Positions 8,787-16,520 of a DNA stretch of 32,000 nt are shown piece by piece. A program made the translations under genes and the position numbers. The stretch is from Candidatus Methanoperedens sp. (GTDB taxonomy: Archaea; Halobacteriota; Methanosarcinia; Methanosarcinales; Methanoperedenaceae), in assembly GCA_041494705.1 (NCBI GenBank), contig JBGQBI010000003.1, forward strand, positions 296,637 through 328,636, in the 5' to 3' direction. The notes beneath the pieces were generated by a model that was not told where the DNA came from, searched no databases, and worked only from the letters and a program-made list of their open reading frames with translations. Each line of letters starts with the position of its first letter. The stretch's first letter is position 1.

Positions 8787-9409
8787 TTGAGGCCGAATCA
8801 AAAGCAATATTAATCATATCCCGCAACAATAAAAAAACAATGTTTGAAGATATAAAAGAATTCATAAGGGATGCGCTAAGCCCACTTGCAAAAAAGATAA
8901 CCGAGATAAATCCAAACACATTAACCCTTTTCGGGCTTTTACTGAGCCTCATTGCAGGATTCTTTTTTGCAAAGCGCGAGGTTTTACCCGCAGGAGCTTT
9001 TCTTCTTGCCAGCGGATTTTTTGACTCACTCGACGGCCTGGTTGCTCGCGAGAACAAAAGAATTACCCGGTTCGGCGGTTTTCTGGATTCCGTATGCGAC
9101 AGGTTTGGCGATGCGGCAGTGATTATAGGGGCGATTTACGGCGGCCTTGCTATTATTTCCCCTTTTCCCGACTGGTTTATCGGCGTACTTGCGATATTTG
9201 GTTCGCTGATGGTGAGCTACACAAGAGCGAGGGCAGAAGCTGCAGGCGCAAGCGCATCAGTTGGCATCGCGGAACGTCCTGTACGAATGATAATCTTGAT
9301 TGCAGGCGCTTTTCTTGACATTGTCAACTGGGCGATTCTTTTTGTGGCAATACTTTCCTTCATTACAATCTTCCAGAGAATCGCACATGTCAGAAAGGTA
9401 CTGAAATAA
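8783..9409 (+). CDS. CDP-alcohol phosphatidyltransferase, probably archaetidylinositol-phosphate synthase
   Basis: It has the CDP-alcohol phosphatidyltransferase motif DSLDGLVAR-x8-GGFLDSVCDRFGD, is multi-TM, and lies adjacent to an inositol-1-phosphate synthase gene. The start is either 8783 (ATGA overlap with trpA) or the ATG at 8840. Confidence 0.8.
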   Translation: MIEAESKAILIISRNNKKTMFEDIKEFIRDALSPLAKKITEINPNTLTLFGLLLSLIAGFFFAKREVLPAGAFLLASGFFDSLDGLVARENKRITRFGGFLDSVCDRFGDAAVIIGAIYGGLAIISPFPDWFIGVLAIFGSLMVSYTRARAEAAGASASVGIAERPVRMIILIAGAFLDIVNWAILFVAILSFITIFQRIAHVRKVLK

Positions 9410-9454
9410 CAACTTTTAAGTCAGATAACGATTATCACTGAGAGGGTATTAAAA

Positions 9455-10519
9455 ATGGCAGGCATTAGAATAGCAATCGCAGGTATTGGTAATTGCGCTT
9501 CATCTCTTATCCAGGGTCTTGAATATTATGACCCTGTAAAAAAATCCGATAAACTCGTCCCGGGATTAATGCATAATTCCCTGGGCGGGTATCTCATCTC
9601 GGATATAAAACCTGTTGCTGCTTTTGATATCGACATGCGTAAGGTGGGAACGGACTTATCCGAAGCTATTTTTTCAGAACCCAATTGCACTAAAAAGTTT
9701 TCCGATGTACCTAATCTGGGTGTTGAAGTAATGAAGGGCGAAGTGCTGGATGGCGTTGCGCCTCACATGAAGGAATACTTCAGGGTGGACAAAAAACAGA
9801 AACCTGTTGATGTAGCCTCGGTCCTGAAAAAGACAAAAGCTGACATATTGATCAATTACTTGCCAGTGGGTTCTGAAGAGGCAGTGAAATGGTATGCTTC
9901 GCAGGCTCTTGAAGCAGGATGCGCGTTCATAAACTGCATTCCTGTATTTATCGCATCAGATAAGCAGTGGGCTGACAAATTCAAAAAAGCGAAACTCCCG
10001 ATAATCGGGGACGATATAAAAAGCCTTGTCGGCGCCACGATAGTTCACCGCGCCCTTACCCAGATGATAGTGGACAGGGGTGCAAAAATCGACAGCACGT
10101 ACCAGTTGAACATAGGCGGAAATACGGATTTCCGGAACATGACCGACCAGTCAAGATTAAAGTCCAAGAAAATCTCAAAAACCGAATCAGTCGCTTCGCA
10201 AATTCCGTACGACGCGTATGTTTATGCAGGCCCGAACGGGTGCATCGACTGCCTGAATGATAACAAGATATGCCACCTGAAAATTGATTTTAAGCTCTTC
10301 GGGGATGTCCCGGCTTATATTGATTTGAAACTCTCGGTGGAGGACAGCCCGAATAGCGCAGGCGTGGTCGTGGATGCCATCCGTGTCGCGAAAATAGCGC
10401 TTGACAGGGGCATCGGAGGACCGATATTACCCGCATCGGCTTATTTCATGAAGCACCCCCCAGAGCAGATGCGTGATAGCGAGGCGCGGGAGCAGCTTGA
10501 GGAGTTTATCAAGGAATAA
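9455..10519 (+). CDS. myo-Inositol-1-phosphate (inositol-3-phosphate) synthase
   Basis: The N-terminal Rossmann signature IAIAGIGNCASSLIQGLEYY matches prokaryotic Ino1-type enzymes as I remember them. At 354 aa the length is typical. Confidence 0.8.
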   Translation: MAGIRIAIAGIGNCASSLIQGLEYYDPVKKSDKLVPGLMHNSLGGYLISDIKPVAAFDIDMRKVGTDLSEAIFSEPNCTKKFSDVPNLGVEVMKGEVLDGVAPHMKEYFRVDKKQKPVDVASVLKKTKADILINYLPVGSEEAVKWYASQALEAGCAFINCIPVFIASDKQWADKFKKAKLPIIGDDIKSLVGATIVHRALTQMIVDRGAKIDSTYQLNIGGNTDFRNMTDQSRLKSKKISKTESVASQIPYDAYVYAGPNGCIDCLNDNKICHLKIDFKLFGDVPAYIDLKLSVEDSPNSAGVVVDAIRVAKIALDRGIGGPILPASAYFMKHPPEQMRDSEAREQLEEFIKE

Positions 10520-10529
10520 ACGTTTTATT

Positions 10530-11861
10530 TTATTGCCCTATAACCCGCATTTTTGAAACCCTCACCGTCGGCGTAATCACATTCCCCACATTCCGAACAT
10601 CCATCCCCACGCCGTCGATAGTCCTTAAAAGCTCGAAGATATTCCCGGAAATCATCATAGACTTGATGGGCGAAGCAATCTCGCCATCCTTTACCAAAAA
10701 CGAATTTCTCGCCTCGACTGAGAAATCACCCGAAATTGGATTGGCTGTATGTGCTCCTATTACAGTATTGACAATAACGCCGTCTTTTGTCTCGCCAATC
10801 ACATCAAAAGAAGGATGTTCAATTATCAGGTTGCGTATTCCTATCGATGGCGTCGAGGTGTACGAGCCGCGCACCGCATTGCCAGTGCTTTCTCTTTTTT
10901 CTTTTCCTGCAGTGTAGCAATCGTAAAGGAAAGACGACAGAATACCTTTATTCACAACAGCGATTTTCCGGGACGGCGTACCCTCGTCGTCGCACGAGGA
11001 TGTCCCCAGACCACCGGCGAGCGTTCCGTCATCGATAATAGAAAGGTCATCAGCTGCAATGCTGCTATTGATTTTCCCGACCAGCGATGAACGTCCTTTC
11101 TGGACATTATCCGCGTTTAATGAAGTTACAAGTGTATTTTCAAGAATATCTGCAAAAGCTAGGGGCTCAAGAAGCACAACAGTATCACGCGTTTCCGTGT
11201 TTATTCCGTTTCTTGACCGCGAAGCAAGAGTGGAGGCTTTTTCACCGATTTTATAAAAATCAATGTCAAGCTTCCGGGACATGTCAAATTCAGATGCCGT
11301 CGAAAGAGGCGTATCCTGTGTTGCTGTATCCACGGTCGCCTGGATGGCCGTATCCTCTTCCTGAACCTCAATGCCGTTTGAGTTCAAAACAAGTTTAGTT
11401 GAACTCCCGCATGAGAAATGCCCCGAAGTGGGCGAAACCGTGGGAACGGATTTTACACCTTCTATCATCATGGAAGCATAATCCATACATGATTCAATTT
11501 CAAGAGCCGCAAGCTTCTTATCAAAAATGCCTGCAACTTTTGCAGGTTTGCTTTTTTGCGGAAGACCTGACCACTGCGGGTCGCTGCCCCTGACTTTAGC
11601 GGATTTTACCGCGAGATTGCAGGCCTCTTCAATGCGCTGCTCATCATTGGTGCTTGAAAAACCCACCGCGCCTTTGACTATAGCCCTTATCCCGATGCCT
11701 GAAACCATGCTCTCTTTGGCGAGGTCGATTACATCCCGGTGTATGTCGATTGAGATAGACTTGCCTTTTACGCAATAAATCTCGGCTTCATCTGCCCCGG
11801 CATTTCTTGTGAGCAATAGTGCCTTATGCGCTATTTCAAAAATATCCTTCATGGGAACCAT
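10530..11861 (-). CDS. TldD/PmbA-family metalloprotease / modulator
   Basis: The 443-aa ORF has family-typical C-terminal segments (GNAVRGSY, GAHTANPISGDFSVEA, ISGNIFELL). It is convergent with the inositol synthase gene. Confidence 0.8.
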   Translation of the reverse strand: MVPMKDIFEIAHKALLLTRNAGADEAEIYCVKGKSISIDIHRDVIDLAKESMVSGIGIRAIVKGAVGFSSTNDEQRIEEACNLAVKSAKVRGSDPQWSGLPQKSKPAKVAGIFDKKLAALEIESCMDYASMMIEGVKSVPTVSPTSGHFSCGSSTKLVLNSNGIEVQEEDTAIQATVDTATQDTPLSTASEFDMSRKLDIDFYKIGEKASTLASRSRNGINTETRDTVVLLEPLAFADILENTLVTSLNADNVQKGRSSLVGKINSSIAADDLSIIDDGTLAGGLGTSSCDDEGTPSRKIAVVNKGILSSFLYDCYTAGKEKRESTGNAVRGSYTSTPSIGIRNLIIEHPSFDVIGETKDGVIVNTVIGAHTANPISGDFSVEARNSFLVKDGEIASPIKSMMISGNIFELLRTIDGVGMDVRNVGNVITPTVRVSKMRVIGQ

Positions 11862-11956
11862 TAATTAAAATTAAAGCATGATAAACTTTGCCCACATTAA
11901 ATTAAATAAAACTTTTGTGCCTCTAAAATATCATAGCGAACTTATGTGCATACCTA

Positions 11957-12616
11957 TTATAAGCTGCATCTTCGAACAACCCCAAAGCCACGGGAAACAG
12001 ATTTGCCAATACCAAGATATTCAGGTATCATGAAGTTTATCTGAAATTCGCCCTTAAAACCAATGAGAGGAATGCCTTTTGAATAAACTTTTATGGGTGA
12101 TACTTTTGTTCTTACTTTAATTTGGTTAAGAACGACGTATCCGAGAGACTTGGAAATTGAGAGAAGGTTTCCTGCAAGGATTTGATGTAAAAGTTTCACT
12201 TTGTTCTTTGGATCGAATTTAATATAGGAATCATAATTTATCTCATTCAAAGCTATCCAGGGAACAATAAACATATACTGCATAAAGCTATCAGAACAAC
12301 CAAATTCCTGGCTTTTTTCAATTATCTGACGTTCTTCAATTTTGTAAGTCATCTTACCAAGGATAATATCTTCGATATCCCAGGAAATTTCTTTTAAAAT
12401 CTCAGCCCCTTCATCAATTCCAAGTATTACCGGCGTACCTTCAATTATCTTGTATTGCACTTTCGGATATTGGTAAGAGTTCTTACCATTTTCTGCATGC
12501 TGGTGCAGAATAGGATAGTCTTTGAACCTGTTTCCGATGAAGCCCCGCAGTTTCTCAGGGCTTTCAGTTACAGGGTCTTTGGTTTTCAGTATTAGGGTTA
12601 GGGTCTGGATGTCCAT
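11957..12616 (-). CDS. cas6: Cas6-family CRISPR endoribonuclease (paralogue associated with the type III-like module)
   Basis: The C-terminal glycine-rich RAMP loop is IPEYLGIGKSVSRGFGVV. The N-terminal part (LRGFIGNRF...ILHQH...YQYPKVQYK) is collinear with the second cas6 at 22966-23658. Confidence 0.7.
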   Translation of the reverse strand: MDIQTLTLILKTKDPVTESPEKLRGFIGNRFKDYPILHQHAENGKNSYQYPKVQYKIIEGTPVILGIDEGAEILKEISWDIEDIILGKMTYKIEERQIIEKSQEFGCSDSFMQYMFIVPWIALNEINYDSYIKFDPKNKVKLLHQILAGNLLSISKSLGYVVLNQIKVRTKVSPIKVYSKGIPLIGFKGEFQINFMIPEYLGIGKSVSRGFGVVRRCSL

Positions 12617-12680
12617 TTTTTTAGTGTTCTACACTGATTCTATATGGCGCCTAAGTCATATATAGTTAAATTATTATATT

Positions 12681-13478
12681 TCATATTTGTTTTATTTTTA
12701 TATCTACCTTTCCAAATCCCTTTGACTTGTAACCACCAATGGTTTTTATGCTTGCAAAGCGGTCAATAATAAACTCCTTGATGATCGGATCTATTGACCG
12801 TGGATGTCCTGCAAGCCATGCATCTCCTCCAGTATAATCTTTAAGATTTCTCGCTTTTCCAAGTTCTCTATCTCTAACAGTGTCTTTAATTATAACTGTC
12901 AAGGTACCCATGAATTTAGCACCGTCAGGCACCAACTGGTATGGTCTATTTGTCCCCTGCTTTACGGTCTGGATTGCCCTATCAATATTTGCCGAATATA
13001 GTTCATTAACCGTTGTTTTGGCATACAAAAACGGCACTTTTACAAATCCCTCAAGTCCGTTTGCGCCAAGGAAATAGCAAACCGGACAAATTTCGTGCAA
13101 TGCTTTGCATTTTCTATCGCAGGGATAGTGACAGCCATCTCCTTTGATATCCCCTCCGGTCGGCTGGAATAAGTTATAGAATCTATATAACCCATTCACC
13201 ACAAGCTGATTTTCATCAGGAGAAAGCTTTGTTGAAGGTATGCAAGGCTGAAGATTTTTATCCGTCCATTTTTTTTCAGCCCTATTAAAATAGGTATCAA
13301 TCAGGTATCTCTCAATCTCACAGCGGTAAGCGCCTTTGAGGGTAGAACCCGGAACAACCGCCTTATTGCCCACAAGGGCTATCGGGTTATCTATTCCCGA
13401 TAAGGGACTTGCTATCCCCCCGATTCGAATAGGTTCTAAAGTTGTCAATTCAATTTCAAATTCTTTCTGTTCAATCAT
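12681..13478 (-). CDS. cas7: Cas7-like RAMP backbone subunit (Csm3/Cmr4 family) with a Cys-rich insertion
   Basis: IGGIASPLSGIDNPIALVGNKAVVPGSTLKGAYR matches the Csm3/Cmr4 N-terminal pattern, including the Asp used for target RNA cleavage. The C-terminal G-rich loop is IGGYKSKGFGKV. A Cys cluster (CHYPCDRKCKALHEICPVCYFLG) sits in the middle. Confidence 0.7.
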   Translation of the reverse strand: MIEQKEFEIELTTLEPIRIGGIASPLSGIDNPIALVGNKAVVPGSTLKGAYRCEIERYLIDTYFNRAEKKWTDKNLQPCIPSTKLSPDENQLVVNGLYRFYNLFQPTGGDIKGDGCHYPCDRKCKALHEICPVCYFLGANGLEGFVKVPFLYAKTTVNELYSANIDRAIQTVKQGTNRPYQLVPDGAKFMGTLTVIIKDTVRDRELGKARNLKDYTGGDAWLAGHPRSIDPIIKEFIIDRFASIKTIGGYKSKGFGKVDIKIKQI

Positions 13479-13482
13479 TTTC

Positions 13483-14502
13483 TCAAACCTCCGTTATACT
13501 TATCAAACTTTTTATTATAAACCGTGCAGTTTTTCTGTCTATAGATGGATATTTTTCAATGATTCCAAGTACATGAAGAAGCGTTTCTGCCTGTTGCCTC
13601 GTATCCCTTCTGTTCTTTCTCTCCAACAAAAATGTCCTGGTCATGGTTAACCCCTCCCTTTCGAGAATATCCCCAACTGTATTCTGAAACTTATTTGATA
13701 AATACCCAATTTTTACATTTTTCTTTATTTCTTCAATGACCTTTGCCGCAATATCTTCCGTTTCTGTATTCATTGTTTTGTCACTCTTTGTTTTTAGTAA
13801 AAATCCTGGCGCTTCAACCATGCTGCCTTCAAACAATGAAAGCACATACTTACCTTCTGTTTCGGATGTCGGTTCAAAAAGATATCCGAAATTTGCGTTT
13901 TTCACCTTTTTAATTCCAAAAACATCATGCAAAAATCTGGTTGGCTTACCTTCTTCAAGTACATTTTTAATATCCTCTTTTCCAGCTTCAAAATCCGCAT
14001 CATTAAGCTTAAAAAGTGGCAATCTGGTATTCAATTCACCCTCTCTGGAATCGGCACATGGATCAGTTCCCTTAAAATTCAATTTGCACTCCCCAAAACC
14101 TTTGGATTTCAATCCACCCATCCAGAAACTTATCTCTCCTTTCTGGGACCATATCTCTTTCACATCTTCATTTTCTTTAAGATACACCTCGCCTTCCACA
14201 TTGTAAAGATATTCGGTATATATAGGAATAATACTTGTTTCAATTGACCTGTTTCGTGGAGAATAAGTGAGTGTCTTAATGTGATTCTCCCTGAACTCAG
14301 TCTCATCCTTAAAAAGAAAATGTCCACATGCATGGATTTGCTTTGACTTACCGGCATTTTTACTGTTTCCAAATTTCGCCTGAAGCGCACCTGTAATCTG
14401 GCTATAAGGAATTGTTGTAATAACAGGGCGATACTGTCCCTTTTTAAACCTTTCTCCCAGGATGAGCAGATCAGAACTAAAACCAAACTTAAGGATGTTC
14501 AT
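13483..14502 (-). CDS. cas5: Cas5-like RAMP (Csm4/Cmr3-like) with a ~95-aa predicted-helical C-terminal extension
   Basis: The N-terminal TIPYSQITGALQAKFG is a Cas5-type signature, and the G-rich loop is MGGLKSKGFGECKL. The C-terminal region (TEDIAAKVIEEIKKNV...RQQAETLLHVLGIIEKYPSIDRKTARFIIKSL) is helix-like. Its start overlaps the Cas10-like stop by 4 nt. Confidence 0.55.
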   Translation of the reverse strand: MNILKFGFSSDLLILGERFKKGQYRPVITTIPYSQITGALQAKFGNSKNAGKSKQIHACGHFLFKDETEFRENHIKTLTYSPRNRSIETSIIPIYTEYLYNVEGEVYLKENEDVKEIWSQKGEISFWMGGLKSKGFGECKLNFKGTDPCADSREGELNTRLPLFKLNDADFEAGKEDIKNVLEEGKPTRFLHDVFGIKKVKNANFGYLFEPTSETEGKYVLSLFEGSMVEAPGFLLKTKSDKTMNTETEDIAAKVIEEIKKNVKIGYLSNKFQNTVGDILEREGLTMTRTFLLERKNRRDTRQQAETLLHVLGIIEKYPSIDRKTARFIIKSLISITEV

Positions 14503-16520
14503 TCTTCATCCCCCATGATTTTTGCATATGTCAAAATTGTTTTAAAATCAATCTTTTTATCCTGCGCTCTGATTGGCTCAAAAGCATTGTAAACTCTATA
14601 ATCTCCTCTATCATAAACAAGAACCTTTGCCAATTTCTCTGAGGTCTCCGATATCTTGGCAAGCTTATGAAGCTGCTTGGAGGCAGGTATTTTGAAATCT
14701 TTTATTAAGACTTTGAGCTGGTTTAAAGTGAGGTGCATCCCACCCCTTCCAATCAAAATAACATTCACATCATTTTTTGGGTTCTCAAGGATTTTCCAGT
14801 GCCTAAAAAAGGCAAATTTTACATTGGATACTGAAATTGAGAGGGTAACTGGAGATTTTTGTTCCTTTAGCTCGGGGAAGCACTCCATAAATATGTTACT
14901 ATATATTTCCAGGATATCTTTTATCTGGCTTATTTTTTCGAGTTTGATACAAAGAAAATCATTAAGGATAGGCTGGAAGTTCTCGGTTTTAAAATATTCT
15001 TCTAAATTTTTGTTGAAATTTTTGAGGAATAAATCATAATCTTTCTGGAATTCAGCAAGAACGGAAAAGCGTAGTTCAATTTTTTCAGAGATTGCACCTT
15101 TAAGGGTATTTTGGATATATTTGTCAAGTAGTGTTTGTAATGTTTCTGCCAGAGATTCAATATCCAGATTAATTTTGATCCAAGCAATTTTGGAATTAGG
15201 TTCTTCTTTATACCATTGTTCAATTTTAGGAGCAGGTGGCTCTTTTCTAAAATCTCTAATAGAATAGCAACTTTCACAGAGGTGTTCCGTTATTCCGCTT
15301 TCTTCATCGTTCCAATCTTTTTCTGCTGGATGCATTTGACAGATTTCACAAAGCTTATTGATTGTGATTGATAGATTACCATAATAATTGCTTATAGGAA
15401 AACGGCTCTCAAACTCCAAACGGTCTTTATCTAACTCTTTTAATTTGTTTGTTTTTAAGTTGATATCCGGTATTTTTTCAAGGTTTACCCGTTGTTTTTT
15501 GATGCTATTTTCAAAACGTTGAGATTCTTGTTCTTTAATTATTTTCGGTGTAAGATTTGCATATTCCAGGATCGTATTTGCTCCTTCGATATTAACAATG
15601 AAACCTCTTTCTATAAAGGGTTTAACAAGTTGTGTAATTGATTCATCTGGAGGGAGTAACGCCAAGAATTGAGTAGAAGTATTAAGGATAATATTATCAT
15701 TTTGTGAAAATTTAGATATTTCATTATTTAAAATTTGAAAAATATGTAAATCCTTAACTCTAACAGGATAATGTGGAAATTTAATCTGAACCCTTATGAT
15801 ATTTAAATTCCACTTTTTTCTGGCGTCATTTGGACTGTTCGCAGTTTTACCTCCAAAGGAGAGAGTACCTTTAGAGACTTCTTTGGTATTTGCTTCGAAG
15901 AATCTAAACAGCTTTCCAACAAGGTTTGAATGAGTAAAAAGACTGGTAATATTCTTAGGTGGTTCAAAATCTTCTGGTCTCTCCAGCATATTTTTATTAA
16001 AATTCTGGAAATATTGCTCTTTATCTTGAACAACATTTGTAAAAGCAACCAATGATTTAAAATCATTCTCAGAAGAAAATAGTTTAATTTCTTCGTTGTA
16101 AGGCTTCCACAACTTTAAGAGAGTCCTGTTTTCAAATTTAATATCAATTTTTCCAATCTCTTTATTTGTCAAAGTTCTTGAAATAGATGATGCCATATAA
16201 TCAGCTAAACATTGCAAAAAAACTGGATACTCTTTCTTCTTTTCTGCATATTCTGAGATCAAATCCTTTGTTGATTTATCTGGAGGATCATGGTGATATC
16301 TAATATTTTTGTATGTAAGGGTTTCAGTAAAATTTACTCCAAATAACCTCAGATAGTGTAATTCTTCACCTGTTTCCTTATTTATGCATAAAAAATTGTG
16401 GTTCCAATCTATTTTTTCAATAGGAATACCAAGTTTTTGCGAAATAAATTGCCTAATCCAATAACTATCCACAAGCTTCCCAATATCATGAAGTTCTGGA
16501 ATAATTTTATCCTCAGACAT
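14499..16520 (-). CDS. cas10: Small Cas10-like type III large subunit with an N-terminal HD domain and no GGDD cyclase motif
   Basis: HD motifs are ELHDIGK, RYHHD and LADYMASSISR. The Cas10 Palm1-type SLFTHSNLVGKLF is present, as is the treble-clef zinc finger CEICQ-x23-CESC. The Palm2-like IAWIKINLDIESL has N-x-D instead of D-x-D. No GGDD or GGDE occurs anywhere in the 673 aa. Confidence 0.75.
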   Translation of the reverse strand: MSEDKIIPELHDIGKLVDSYWIRQFISQKLGIPIEKIDWNHNFLCINKETGEELHYLRLFGVNFTETLTYKNIRYHHDPPDKSTKDLISEYAEKKKEYPVFLQCLADYMASSISRTLTNKEIGKIDIKFENRTLLKLWKPYNEEIKLFSSENDFKSLVAFTNVVQDKEQYFQNFNKNMLERPEDFEPPKNITSLFTHSNLVGKLFRFFEANTKEVSKGTLSFGGKTANSPNDARKKWNLNIIRVQIKFPHYPVRVKDLHIFQILNNEISKFSQNDNIILNTSTQFLALLPPDESITQLVKPFIERGFIVNIEGANTILEYANLTPKIIKEQESQRFENSIKKQRVNLEKIPDINLKTNKLKELDKDRLEFESRFPISNYYGNLSITINKLCEICQMHPAEKDWNDEESGITEHLCESCYSIRDFRKEPPAPKIEQWYKEEPNSKIAWIKINLDIESLAETLQTLLDKYIQNTLKGAISEKIELRFSVLAEFQKDYDLFLKNFNKNLEEYFKTENFQPILNDFLCIKLEKISQIKDILEIYSNIFMECFPELKEQKSPVTLSISVSNVKFAFFRHWKILENPKNDVNVILIGRGGMHLTLNQLKVLIKDFKIPASKQLHKLAKISETSEKLAKVLVYDRGDYRVYNAFEPIRAQDKKIDFKTILTYAKIMGDEE

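Noticed and set aside
10663-11778. A series of plus-strand ORFs (63-113 aa) in the 10.6-11.8 kb region
   Set aside because: All are antisense to the well-supported 443-aa TldD/PmbA gene and have Arg/Ser/Cys-rich, low-plausibility translations.
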